Both the position numbers and the translations under genes were made by a program. A DNA stretch of 26,008 nt. It comes from an uncultured Thermococci archaeon (GTDB lineage Archaea > Methanobacteriota_B > Thermococci > Thermococcales > Thermococcaceae). Below, piece by piece: positions 8,078-17,096 of the stretch (the stretch's first letter is position 1; each line of letters starts with the position of its first letter). The notes below the pieces were generated by a model. The model worked only from the letters and a program-made list of their open reading frames with translations. It had not been told where the DNA came from and searched no databases. Location: NCBI GenBank assembly GCA_964487115.1, contig CAZAPD010000019.1, positions 1-26,008 of the forward strand, given 5' to 3'.

Positions 8078-8818
8078 ATGCAAGTAGTAACATCTGGATT
8101 AAAAGATATGGACCACGCTGTTGGAGGGGGCATTGTTAGAGGTTCAAGTTTGTTAGTTATTTATGACTCTTTTTCACTGGGATGGGCAATGCCGTTTAAA
8201 ATTCTAAAATATCAGCTTTCAAAGGGATATCTCGGGGTTATAATAAACTATAACTTACCTCTCCCCAAGTTAATACTGCGCGGAAAATCTGTTGGGTTGG
8301 ATATTGAGGAAGAAGGTAAAAAGGGTAATTTGATAATAATCGATGTATTTGGCTCAAAATACGATTTTCATTATCCAGGTGATTATATTTACAGAATCGA
8401 AGTATTTAACCCTGAAACATATATACCAAAGCTGGAGCATATATACAGAGAGATATTCAAAAAAACAAGTAAAACTGGTGTTGTGGAATTTGTATTTTCA
8501 GTTGACGGCATGGCTTTTGAGATTGGTGAAGATAGAACGGTCAAGCTTATTAAACGTCTGTTGTCAAATAAGACCATAAACGGAAGGCATTTATTCTCAA
8601 TATATCTCCTGAATAGGGACAGAGTTTCTATGGAGTTCCTCTCATGGAATATTGAATTCAATGATTATGTAATCGAGTTCTTGAGCGAAAGGAATGATCA
8701 TGAAATCTCAGAACAGATGTATGTCCTCAAATCTCCACTATTCGAATTTGAACCAAGTGTATATAGGTATGATATAAAACATCAGAACATAATCCCCGTT
8801 AATTTGTTAAAGAGATAA
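8078..8818 (+). CDS. KaiC/RAD55-like RecA-fold protein, predicted inactive ATPase
   Basis: Typical KaiC-like start TSGLKDMDHAVGGGIVRGSSLLV and LIIIDVF strand, but Walker A is replaced by YDSFSLGWA. Start ATG 8078. Confidence 0.8.
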   Translation: MQVVTSGLKDMDHAVGGGIVRGSSLLVIYDSFSLGWAMPFKILKYQLSKGYLGVIINYNLPLPKLILRGKSVGLDIEEEGKKGNLIIIDVFGSKYDFHYPGDYIYRIEVFNPETYIPKLEHIYREIFKKTSKTGVVEFVFSVDGMAFEIGEDRTVKLIKRLLSNKTINGRHLFSIYLLNRDRVSMEFLSWNIEFNDYVIEFLSERNDHEISEQMYVLKSPLFEFEPSVYRYDIKHQNIIPVNLLKR

Positions 8819-8821
8819 AAA

Positions 8822-8876
8822 GCATGATGAACTCGGCAGGCTGACGAGAGGATGATGACGATCTTGAGTGCTGAAC
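8822..8876 (+). ncRNA. Box C/D methylation guide sRNA, predicted tRNA-Leu guide (sR47-like)
   Basis: C box ATGATGA 8824-8830, D' CTGA 8841-8844, C' ATGATGA 8852-8858, D CTGA 8871-8874, with 10- and 12-nt guides. Fills the gap between two convergent genes. Confidence 0.92.
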
Positions 8877-10603
8877 TATCTCACAATGATTTCAACCTTC
8901 CTTGGTACGATTGTTACACTGTAATCATGTGACACATCTTTAATGGCTCTCTTGATGATTGTAATAGACTCTTCCTTGATTCTATCTTCTGGAACACTGG
9001 AAAATGCTCCAAATAGCCCACCAATTTCCTCCTTTACAAAACTTGCCTCAATATCAACCTGTGCAACTTTCCCATCAAAGTCCCAGTTAAATTTGAGCCA
9101 TTTGAAGCTGGCTCTTGGAACAAGCTTGAGTTCACTATGTATTCTTGATTTTAAAGTTTCCATCGCAGGTCTAACCCGGTTTTGGATAAGAGTTTGCTCA
9201 GTCTCTTTTTTCTTCTCCTCCGTGAATGGTGCAAGCTCATCTATTCCAGCTTGTTTTAGCAGCAGCTCAACCTCTTTTTCAAGTTCCTCTTTTTTCTTAA
9301 GTATCTCTTCAGCTTTGGATGAAGATACAGCACTAATGCCTTTAGCTTCCTCCAGCTCTACAGTTACTTTATGGACTGTGGTGTATTTATTCAAAATTTT
9401 TCCAATTTCTCTGGCATGTCTGGAGACAATGGCACCTACAGTGGTTTCAGCTTTTACTTTGTCCATCTCCACGGTAGAAATGCCAGCAAGAGATACGTTA
9501 ATCTCAAATTCTTGTCTTCCAACAATATCTACGTACATTTTTTTGACTTTGATTCCTGCCTCCTCGATTTCTTTTAAAATTGTTTTTGAGAAAGCGCTAA
9601 AATAACTCCAGTAATCCTCCAATGCCGTTAGCGTTATTATGCCTTCCTTCCCAACAGGAGCAGTTTTTCGTTTATCCCTATCCACGATTTCTTGTGGTCT
9701 AACCTCCTCCCCGTCAATCACAATTTTCATATCCTTAATTATGGCTTTTATTCCAGTTTCCCTGAATATGACCGGGGCATATTTGCTTATCGCATGCATC
9801 ATTCTTTTTTCAGCTATCTCCTTCTGCATTGGGGGAGCATTTGAAAAACCATATAATGTCACATTTAGATAAACAACACCTTCACCAACATTGCCCTCAA
9901 AGACAATTTTTGTAATTTTGAGCCCTTTGATCCTCTTTGATTCTTTAAGGAGATCCTTTGCATATTTTTCAAATGCTTCTTCAGGTATTGATCCCCCTTT
10001 TAGGGTTATTAATACCTCAGGAGATTCAGGAGATATTTCTCTTGAGACTCGGGTTTCCGGGATAAGTGATTCCTTTATTTCCGGTTCAGTTTTCTTTTTA
10101 GTTTCCTCTCTTTTTTCTGGAACTTCTCCTTTCTCTTCCTTTGGTTGTGATGGATGGACCACTGGAGTTGCGGGTTGAGCTTTGAATTCTTCTTTAGTTT
10201 TAGTTCTGGTTTCGGGTTCCTCCCGTTCAAGAAGTTCCGAAATAGAGACCTTAGGAGTTGAAGTATATGCCTCAATATTATCAGCCAATGAAAGTTTAAG
10301 CCCTATTTCATCAAGTTGATAGACATCCAGCACCATTGGCCTTCCTAAGAGAGATCGGAATATTTCAAATGCTTTATCGCCTATTACAGATCGGTTTTGA
10401 TCTACGAGCATTGCTTCCATTGCTAAGAGCTTTGATCTGTCTATCAGCATCATGATGTAATATTTTCCACTGGAATCTTTTGCAAAAATCTTTAAAAAAA
10501 TCCCATTTGAGTTCGATAGAACCTCATTTATAATCGATTTAAGCTCCTGAATCTCTGTTATAACTATATTTTCCCTAACTGGCTGTTCCGCGGGGAGTTG
10601 CAT
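8876..10603 (-). CDS. Conserved hypothetical multidomain protein (DUF2226-like N-terminus, P/E/K linker, three alpha/beta repeats)
   Basis: Long ORF, GGTGA RBS before ATG 10603, low-complexity linker, short coiled coil. Domain calls are tentative. Confidence 0.75.
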   Translation of the reverse strand: MQLPAEQPVRENIVITEIQELKSIINEVLSNSNGIFLKIFAKDSSGKYYIMMLIDRSKLLAMEAMLVDQNRSVIGDKAFEIFRSLLGRPMVLDVYQLDEIGLKLSLADNIEAYTSTPKVSISELLEREEPETRTKTKEEFKAQPATPVVHPSQPKEEKGEVPEKREETKKKTEPEIKESLIPETRVSREISPESPEVLITLKGGSIPEEAFEKYAKDLLKESKRIKGLKITKIVFEGNVGEGVVYLNVTLYGFSNAPPMQKEIAEKRMMHAISKYAPVIFRETGIKAIIKDMKIVIDGEEVRPQEIVDRDKRKTAPVGKEGIITLTALEDYWSYFSAFSKTILKEIEEAGIKVKKMYVDIVGRQEFEINVSLAGISTVEMDKVKAETTVGAIVSRHAREIGKILNKYTTVHKVTVELEEAKGISAVSSSKAEEILKKKEELEKEVELLLKQAGIDELAPFTEEKKKETEQTLIQNRVRPAMETLKSRIHSELKLVPRASFKWLKFNWDFDGKVAQVDIEASFVKEEIGGLFGAFSSVPEDRIKEESITIIKRAIKDVSHDYSVTIVPRKVEIIVR

Positions 10604-10720
10604 GACCATCACCATTAGATATATATATCACCTTCTTCTAAGAGAACGCTAAGGAAATTCATCGTCATAGTATATCAGAGCAAATATTTAAACATTATTG
10701 TACTCAAAAGGTGAGGATTC

Positions 10721-12184
10721 ATGAGGATATTGATACTTGGAGGAGGTTCAATTGGCCGGTTAATTGCAGAGGCATTAAAAGGTGAATTCGACATCGTCAT
10801 TATAGAAAAGGATGAACTTAAAGCCAAAACCCTCTCCGAAAGTGGCTTTAAAGTTGTGCATGGAGATTTCTCATATACCGCAACGTTATTGAAAGCTGGA
10901 ATTGACAAAGCCGAACTCGCTGTAATAACCGTGGCAGACGTATCTTTAATAAAACGCACTGTTCATGTGATAAAGACGAATAATAAAAATATTCCCATAC
11001 TTACAGTCCTTCCAGATGAGTTAAAAGCAGAAAATCTTGAAAAAGAAATCCGAGAAGAATTTGAAACCGAGGTTCATATAGATTATGCAATTCACCCCAA
11101 GAAAGCTATTGTCAGTAGCATAGTGAATATTGTATCCCATATTGGAGAAAGAAAAAATGCAAATACGCTGTCTAAAAAACTCCAAGAATTGAAAAAAGAG
11201 GGAGAAGGACTTGCCATAGTTGTTCATGACAATCCCGATCCCGACGCACTTTCAAGTGCCATGGCTTTAAGTGTTATAGCCCAAAATGCTGGACTAAAAA
11301 CCAGAATATTTTATGGAGGAGAGATAACCCATCACGAGAACCGAGCGTTCGTTAATATTCTTGGAATAGATGTCCGAAGGATTTCAAAAGGTTCATACGA
11401 GCTAAAAAGATTCCCCTCTATAGCATTGGTAGACTGTCAGCCTAATGGCAATTTAACAATACTTGAAGAGGAGGATTTCAAGAAAATAAAGATAATAATT
11501 GATCATCATCAGATTCTTCAGCATCTTAAAGATCTACTCCCAGAGGATGTTTTTCTTGATATACGGCCGGAGGTTAATGCTTCAGCCTCTATATTAGCAG
11601 AATATCTAAAAATGCTGGGGATATCCATGTCAGAAACTCTTGCAACAGGTTTGTTTTATGGAATTTACATTGATACAAAAAAATTCTCAAAAATTGGACA
11701 TGCCGAATTAAAAGCTATAGAATTCTTAACTCAAAATGTTAATTATGAACTGCTCGATAAAATTGAACATCCTGATATCTCGACTGAAATTGCCGAAATA
11801 CTTGCCAAAGCGATAATGAATCGTAGGATATACAAAAACATCCTCATTTCAAATGTGGGATTTATAAGGAGCAGAGATGCTATCGCTGAATCAGCTGATT
11901 TTCTCCTGAGGCTTGAGGGAATAAACACCGTTTTAGTATTTGGTATAGTTGATGACAGAATAGAGATATCAGCCAGAACAAGAGATGTACGGGTGAATAT
12001 CGGAAAGATACTCAAGGAAGCTTTTGGCAATATCGGAAGCGGAGGTGGACATTCCCAGATGGGTGGTGCAAGAATCCCTCTCGGAATATTCACCTTAGCC
12101 AAAGACAAATCATCACTACTCAGACTTGCAGAGGAAGCAATAACAGAAAAGTTCTTAGAGGCTCTGAAAATTAAAGAAGGTTAA
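10721..12184 (+). CDS. DHH/DHHA1 phosphoesterase with N-terminal TrkA-N (RCK) domain
   Basis: ILGGGSIG Rossmann motif; HDNPDPDALSS, LVD, IIDHH, GIYIDT, ISAR, GGGH. Confidence 0.9.
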   Translation: MRILILGGGSIGRLIAEALKGEFDIVIIEKDELKAKTLSESGFKVVHGDFSYTATLLKAGIDKAELAVITVADVSLIKRTVHVIKTNNKNIPILTVLPDELKAENLEKEIREEFETEVHIDYAIHPKKAIVSSIVNIVSHIGERKNANTLSKKLQELKKEGEGLAIVVHDNPDPDALSSAMALSVIAQNAGLKTRIFYGGEITHHENRAFVNILGIDVRRISKGSYELKRFPSIALVDCQPNGNLTILEEEDFKKIKIIIDHHQILQHLKDLLPEDVFLDIRPEVNASASILAEYLKMLGISMSETLATGLFYGIYIDTKKFSKIGHAELKAIEFLTQNVNYELLDKIEHPDISTEIAEILAKAIMNRRIYKNILISNVGFIRSRDAIAESADFLLRLEGINTVLVFGIVDDRIEISARTRDVRVNIGKILKEAFGNIGSGGGHSQMGGARIPLGIFTLAKDKSSLLRLAEEAITEKFLEALKIKEG

Positions 12185-12390
12185 TCTTCTCTCGTTTTTA
12201 CAAGTATTATGTCCCCTATAGCCGTAACTCTATCATAGGGAATACCTACCTTTTTTCCTGGCAGCCCAAGAGCAAGAACCTTTCCCTCCCCCCTGTCAAG
12301 TTCAATAAGGACCTCATCAACATAACCAACATAATAACCTTTAGTATTGTATATTTGCTTCCCATAGAGCTTTGATAATCTTATCACCAT
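12181..12390 (-). CDS. Stand-alone PRC-barrel domain protein (CdpB-like)
   Basis: LSKLYGKQIYNTKGYYVGYVDEVLI...IPYDRVTAIGDIILV. Start moved to ATG 12390 behind a GGTGA RBS. Confidence 0.88.
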   Translation of the reverse strand: MVIRLSKLYGKQIYNTKGYYVGYVDEVLIELDRGEGKVLALGLPGKKVGIPYDRVTAIGDIILVKTRED

Positions 12391-12424
12391 TTTAATCACC
12401 TGAAATACTTCAGCTCTATGATAT

Positions 12425-12952
12425 TTAAATATTGCCTTTAATCCCTTCTCTGAACATTCCAAAGAAAACTCTAATCAGGTTTATGAAGAAAGCCACAAAT
12501 GCTCCAGCAACACCCGTGAGCATGACACTCATAGCAGCACCTTCAATTTCTCCAAGATGCGTATTCATGAAGAGAAGCATTCCCAGTATAAATCCCCCAA
12601 AGTACGAGAAAGGTATCATTCCAATGTCCAAGTTGCTTTTTCCCTCTACCATAAACATACCCACAATAACTATTCCGAGAAATGCAAGGGAATAGGCAAG
12701 TGTAAGAGGTTTATACATCCACAGATAGTTCAGAAGCACCGTTATCGTCAAGCCCAGAATAAAAGCGACACCCGAAGCATATCCGCCCTTCTTTATTCCG
12801 CCGTAGACAGCACCAGTAAAGAGCCCGATAAGATATATTGGGGTTAAGGTGCTCATGCTGGTTGATGGGTGAAAGAGCATCACTATTACCAGAAAGCTCA
12901 CGGTTATTCCAAGGCCTGCAAAGGCCAGAGAAGATAACACCCATTCCTTCAT
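12425..12952 (-). CDS. Hypothetical integral membrane protein (about 6 TM)
   Basis: Gly-rich hydrophobic helices. ATG 12952 overlaps the ribK stop (ATGA). Confidence 0.8.
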   Translation of the reverse strand: MKEWVLSSLAFAGLGITVSFLVIVMLFHPSTSMSTLTPIYLIGLFTGAVYGGIKKGGYASGVAFILGLTITVLLNYLWMYKPLTLAYSLAFLGIVIVGMFMVEGKSNLDIGMIPFSYFGGFILGMLLFMNTHLGEIEGAAMSVMLTGVAGAFVAFFINLIRVFFGMFREGIKGNI

Positions 12953-13584
12953 TTTATCACCTTCAACGTTATTTTCGAACCATCGTTGAGGTTCAGGGCT
13001 TCTCTGAGGCATAGTGGAGCCACAACTTCGGCGATTTTGGGAGGATGGATTGTTCTCGAAGGAATGACTATCGCTCCCTCTATGCCATTAATCTGAACCC
13101 TGTATGCTTTAACGTCGCCGAATGTCCTGCCCTCTTTAACGAACCCGGGAATAGTTATTGGCTTTGCTCCGCACAAAGCGTCGAATATCGTTTTTGGAAA
13201 TATGACTTTCACGTTGAGCGTGCCAGGATATGGGACAAACCCAAGATATTCCTCTATCAGGGGGGAGTAATGCTTGACATAATATGCTCCCTCCCCAATT
13301 CCAGATATTACTTCTCCGATGATTATTCCCCGATATATGGCATCATAAACTTCATCGCAAAGCTCCTCAAGGAATCTTAGACCTTTTTCACTGATTTCAA
13401 CGTATGTTTTCCTTCCACTGACCTTTTTTATTATCAGCCCATCTCCTTCAAGCTCATCAAGGAGTCTGAGAACAGTCTGGGGGGAAACTCCCAGTTTTTC
13501 GGCAACTCCTCTCACGGTTATTTTTTTCTCTTTACCAATTGCTCCCCTCCTTGCCAGCAATAACATGAGTTTCAATTTCTTCAT
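12949..13584 (-). CDS. ribK: CTP-dependent riboflavin kinase with N-terminal wHTH (RbkR-type)
   Basis: [61 protein letters not shown]. Confidence 0.92.
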   Translation of the reverse strand: MKKLKLMLLLARRGAIGKEKKITVRGVAEKLGVSPQTVLRLLDELEGDGLIIKKVSGRKTYVEISEKGLRFLEELCDEVYDAIYRGIIIGEVISGIGEGAYYVKHYSPLIEEYLGFVPYPGTLNVKVIFPKTIFDALCGAKPITIPGFVKEGRTFGDVKAYRVQINGIEGAIVIPSRTIHPPKIAEVVAPLCLREALNLNDGSKITLKVIK

Positions 13585-14137
13585 TCTCAAGCCCCCTTGA
13601 AAATCTGTCAGCGAGCTTTAGAGGCTTTGGATATCCCCTATCATTCAGCACCTTCACTATTTCCCCTGCACTTCTTAAATCAATTAGGTTGCCAACACTA
13701 ACATAAGCTTTTCCCACCCTTACCAGGGTGTCCTCAGGATAACTCCTCAGGGGTTTTTTGGCAACACCTATGACCGGCTTTCTGAGCAGTAACCCAATGT
13801 GAGAGGCCAAACCGTATCCCCGTGGATGGGCTTTTCCATGTCCCTCAACCAGCAGAATATCAAACTCTTCATTCTTCACAGCGAGCAGTACAGGTTTTGT
13901 TTCCCTCAGAAAGAAAAAAGTGGGAATATAAGGAAAATTAACCTCTGTTTTAATTACCTTGCTCTTAAGAAGTCTGCATTGAGGAAAAGAACATAAAACG
14001 AATGCAGCTCTCGCTGTATTTTCTCTGTATGAGACATCAACCGCGGCAACTGTTTCAATTTCATCCAATTTAATCGGTTGCTCAATTATTCTCCATGCCA
14101 GCTTCTTCTGCACACAAGCAATTCTCTTGAGATTCAT
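13532..14137 (-). CDS. nfi: Endonuclease V
   Basis: [56 protein letters not shown] before ATG 14137. Confidence 0.9.
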   Translation of the reverse strand: MNLKRIACVQKKLAWRIIEQPIKLDEIETVAAVDVSYRENTARAAFVLCSFPQCRLLKSKVIKTEVNFPYIPTFFFLRETKPVLLAVKNEEFDILLVEGHGKAHPRGYGLASHIGLLLRKPVIGVAKKPLRSYPEDTLVRVGKAYVSVGNLIDLRSAGEIVKVLNDRGYPKPLKLADRFSRGLENEEIETHVIAGKEGSNW

Positions 14138-14163
14138 GACCTCCACCGGCTACAAAACATTAA

Positions 14164-14781
14164 TTATACTTTTAGTGCATTATTTAGTTTCTCCTCCAGA
14201 CTTTTAGTCAGCTTCGCCCGTGTTAAATCTTCAAGCGTTCTCTCAACGATGTATCTTGCTTGATCCTGCTTCTGTCTTATGTTCACAAGGCCTTTCGGGT
14301 ATTCAAGTGTCATCAGCTCTTCATAAATCCTGTTCATAGTCTCATAAACCTCCTGAGCCTCCTCAATTCTGCCATCTATGAGAAGGAGGAGGAAATGCCT
14401 CCTGAGCTCCCCGATGAAATCACCTATCCCTAAGAGGTAATTTGCCTCAGGCACTCCCAACTCCTTCGGCGATGGAAATTCAGAGTCAGTAATGTAGGAA
14501 TAGAACAGCACAGCTTCAACGAATTCCTGATGAGCATTCTGAACATAGCCAGTAAAATACAGATCTGGATGAGCCTGCAACTTTTCATTTAATCCCTTTA
14601 TCTTCTCCTTCGCCTTTTCAATCCTACCCTGTGCAAGTTTTATCTCTCCTCTGTGGAGTGCTTTTATGCTATCTCCACTCAATCTCACGATTTCTCTCGT
14701 GATTTTCAGAGCCTCTTCCCTAAGGAGGTCCTTTTCATCCAGAACTTTTCTTATATCTTCCATGATTTCTGAAAGTGACAT
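14164..14781 (-). CDS. Translin/TRAX family protein
   Basis: D..REEALKITREIVRLS, QEFVEA, YLLGIGDFIGELRR, RQKQD motifs. Confidence 0.88.
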   Translation of the reverse strand: MSLSEIMEDIRKVLDEKDLLREEALKITREIVRLSGDSIKALHRGEIKLAQGRIEKAKEKIKGLNEKLQAHPDLYFTGYVQNAHQEFVEAVLFYSYITDSEFPSPKELGVPEANYLLGIGDFIGELRRHFLLLLIDGRIEEAQEVYETMNRIYEELMTLEYPKGLVNIRQKQDQARYIVERTLEDLTRAKLTKSLEEKLNNALKV

Positions 14782-14950
14782 GTTCCCACCGTAACTTCTC
14801 TTGAAGAAGAGCTTAAAAAGTGTGGTGGCCTGCAGGTGTTTCGGCAGAATTTTATTTTCGGGTCGATAACCAACGGTTATATTAGGAATCCTAATTTATG
14901 CCGAAAAATATATAAAGCAATGAACTAAAGTGCGCATAGAGGTGATGATC

Positions 14951-16168
14951 ATGGTGGAAAAAATCAGGAATATAGTTGTGGAAGAGCTTATGCGTACCCC
15001 AGTCGAGATGCAGAAAGTCGAACTCGTGGAAAGGAAAGGAATAGGACATCCTGATAGCATAGCAGATGGAATCGCTGAGGCTGTTAGCAGGGCATTAAGC
15101 AGAGAGTACATCAGGAGATACGGAATAATTCTGCACCACAATACTGACCAGGTTGAAGTCGTGGGAGGCAGAGCTTATCCAAAATTCGGTGGTGGTGAGG
15201 TTATAAAACCTATCTACATCCTTCTCTCTGGAAGAGCTGTGGAGATGGTGGACAGAGAATTCTTTCCGGTTCATGAGGTTGCAATAAAAGCTGCTAAGGA
15301 TTATCTGAGAAAGGCTGTCAGGCATCTGGATGTTGAGAATCATGTTGTTATTGACTCCAGAATAGGTCAGGGTAGCGTCGATCTTGTCGGAGTTTTTAAC
15401 AAGGCCAAAGAAACCCCAATTCCACTCGCCAATGACACCAGCTTTGGTGTGGGCTATGCTCCGCTCAGTGAGACTGAGAGAATAGTGCTCGAAACAGAAA
15501 AGCTCCTTAACAGTGAGAAATTCAAAAAAGAGTGGCCTGCAGTTGGTGAGGACATCAAGGTCATGGGACTAAGGAAAGGTGAGGAGATTGACTTGACCAT
15601 AGCAGCTGCTATAGTGGACAGCGAAGTTAGCAGTCCTGCAGAGTACTTGGCTGTGAAGGATGCTATTTATGAAGCTGCCAAAGGTATTGTTGAGGAACAC
15701 ACAGAGAGGCCTACTAAGATATTTGTTAACACAGCTGATGACCCAGATAAGGATATATACTATATCACAGTAACCGGAACCTCAGCAGAAGCTGGAGATG
15801 ATGGATCAGTTGGGAGAGGAAACAGGGTTAACGGTCTTATCATTCCAAACAGACACATGAGCATGGAAGCAGCGGCAGGAAAAAATCCGGTAAGCCACGT
15901 CGGAAAGATATACAATCTTCTTTCAATGCTGATAGCTAACGATATAGCTGAGCAAGTTGAGGGGGTTGAGGAGGTATATGTCAGAATTCTAAGCCAGATA
16001 GGTAAGCCCATTGACGAGCCCCTTGTTGCAAGCATTCAGGTTATCCCGAAGAAGGGCTACAGCATTGAACTCATTCAAAAACCAGCCTACGAGATAGCAG
16101 ATGCATGGCTTGCCGATATAACAAAGATACAGAAAATGATAATTGAAGACAAATTGAATGTTTTCTGA
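14951..16168 (+). CDS. mat: Archaeal-type S-adenosylmethionine synthetase
   Basis: [66 protein letters not shown] before ATG 14951; TATA at about 14908-14916. Confidence 0.97.
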   Translation: MVEKIRNIVVEELMRTPVEMQKVELVERKGIGHPDSIADGIAEAVSRALSREYIRRYGIILHHNTDQVEVVGGRAYPKFGGGEVIKPIYILLSGRAVEMVDREFFPVHEVAIKAAKDYLRKAVRHLDVENHVVIDSRIGQGSVDLVGVFNKAKETPIPLANDTSFGVGYAPLSETERIVLETEKLLNSEKFKKEWPAVGEDIKVMGLRKGEEIDLTIAAAIVDSEVSSPAEYLAVKDAIYEAAKGIVEEHTERPTKIFVNTADDPDKDIYYITVTGTSAEAGDDGSVGRGNRVNGLIIPNRHMSMEAAAGKNPVSHVGKIYNLLSMLIANDIAEQVEGVEEVYVRILSQIGKPIDEPLVASIQVIPKKGYSIELIQKPAYEIADAWLADITKIQKMIIEDKLNVF

Positions 16169-16197
16169 ATTCCTTTCTTTATACAAAATTTTAGAAA

Positions 16198-16416
16198 TTA
16201 GATCGTGATCGTGTGTCTATTCTGTTTTAAGAACCTCAGAAGCTTGGCTTCCTGAGTCATGAGAAGAAATCTCTCCTTCCTGACAGCAGCAAGGCTCCTT
16301 GCGGCGTCCTTCTTTTGATGCATCATCCTAACAAGCTTGGCCTCCTCAAGCATGAGAAGTTCCCTCTGCTTCTTTACAACTTGAAGTTTTCTTTCAATAA
16401 GCCTCAGCCTCTCCAT
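16198..16416 (-). CDS. Small basic coiled-coil protein with internal duplication (72 aa)
   Basis: GGTGA RBS before ATG 16416; two copies of L..V.K.R.LLM..EAKL.R...Q. Confidence 0.7.
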   Translation of the reverse strand: MERLRLIERKLQVVKKQRELLMLEEAKLVRMMHQKKDAARSLAAVRKERFLLMTQEAKLLRFLKQNRHTITI

Positions 16417-16543
16417 TATATTCACCACTTTTAAATTAAAGAAGCCCAACCTTAAAAGTTTTTCGCTTAATAACTAAATTATATTCGGCAATAGACGAAC
16501 TCCCAGCCATAATTTTAAAAACCAATCTGAACAGTGTATCATA

Positions 16544-17092
16544 ATGGGAGTGAGAGAAATGATAATAGCAGTGAGTGGAACCCCCGGAGTTGGCAAAACT
16601 ACAGTATCAAAGCTTTTAGCTCAGGAACTTGGCTATGAATATGTTAGTATAAAGGAACTGGCGGAGAAAACAGGTTCAGGGGAAAAAGTAGGGGATGAAA
16701 TAGAGATAGATATCGAAAAACTGGAAGGGTTCATAAGGAAGAAATTTAAGGGGAAGAATGTAATACTTGATAGTCATTTAAGCCATCTCCTACCGGTTGA
16801 TCTGGTCGTAATACTCAGACTCAGCCCATATCTTCTCCTGAAAAGACTTCAAGAGAGGGGTTATAAAAAGGAAAAACTGAGCGAAAACCTTGAGGCAGAG
16901 CTTGTTGATGTGTGTCTCATAGAAGCTCTTGAAGAACACAAACATGTTATTGAGGTGGATACAACCGATAAGACTCCTGAAGAAGTCGTTAACGAAATAA
17001 TCAACCTCATGGAAAAAGGTATTAAAAAGAGGGTTGGAATAGTTGACTGGAGTGAGAGCTATGAAAAGATCATGCCTTATTTAAGGAGGTGA
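16544..17092 (+). CDS. AK6/Fap7-type adenylate kinase / NTPase
   Basis: Walker [33 protein letters not shown]. Start could be 16559. Confidence 0.9.
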   Translation: MGVREMIIAVSGTPGVGKTTVSKLLAQELGYEYVSIKELAEKTGSGEKVGDEIEIDIEKLEGFIRKKFKGKNVILDSHLSHLLPVDLVVILRLSPYLLLKRLQERGYKKEKLSENLEAELVDVCLIEALEEHKHVIEVDTTDKTPEEVVNEIINLMEKGIKKRVGIVDWSESYEKIMPYLRR

Positions 17093-17096
17093 TAAC

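Noticed and set aside
7933..8133. 67-aa N-terminal extension of the regulator in the ORF track
   Set aside because: It runs through the divergent promoter and into the KaiC-like gene; a strong RBS supports ATG 7932.
8943..9605. 220-aa + strand ORF, and the other short antisense or nested ORFs in the track
   Set aside because: They lie wholly opposite or within well-supported genes and have shadow-type composition.
12181..12390. Functional link between the PRC-barrel gene and the ESCRT-III-like operon
   Set aside because: They are nearly 9 kb apart in separate transcription units; proximity alone is not evidence.
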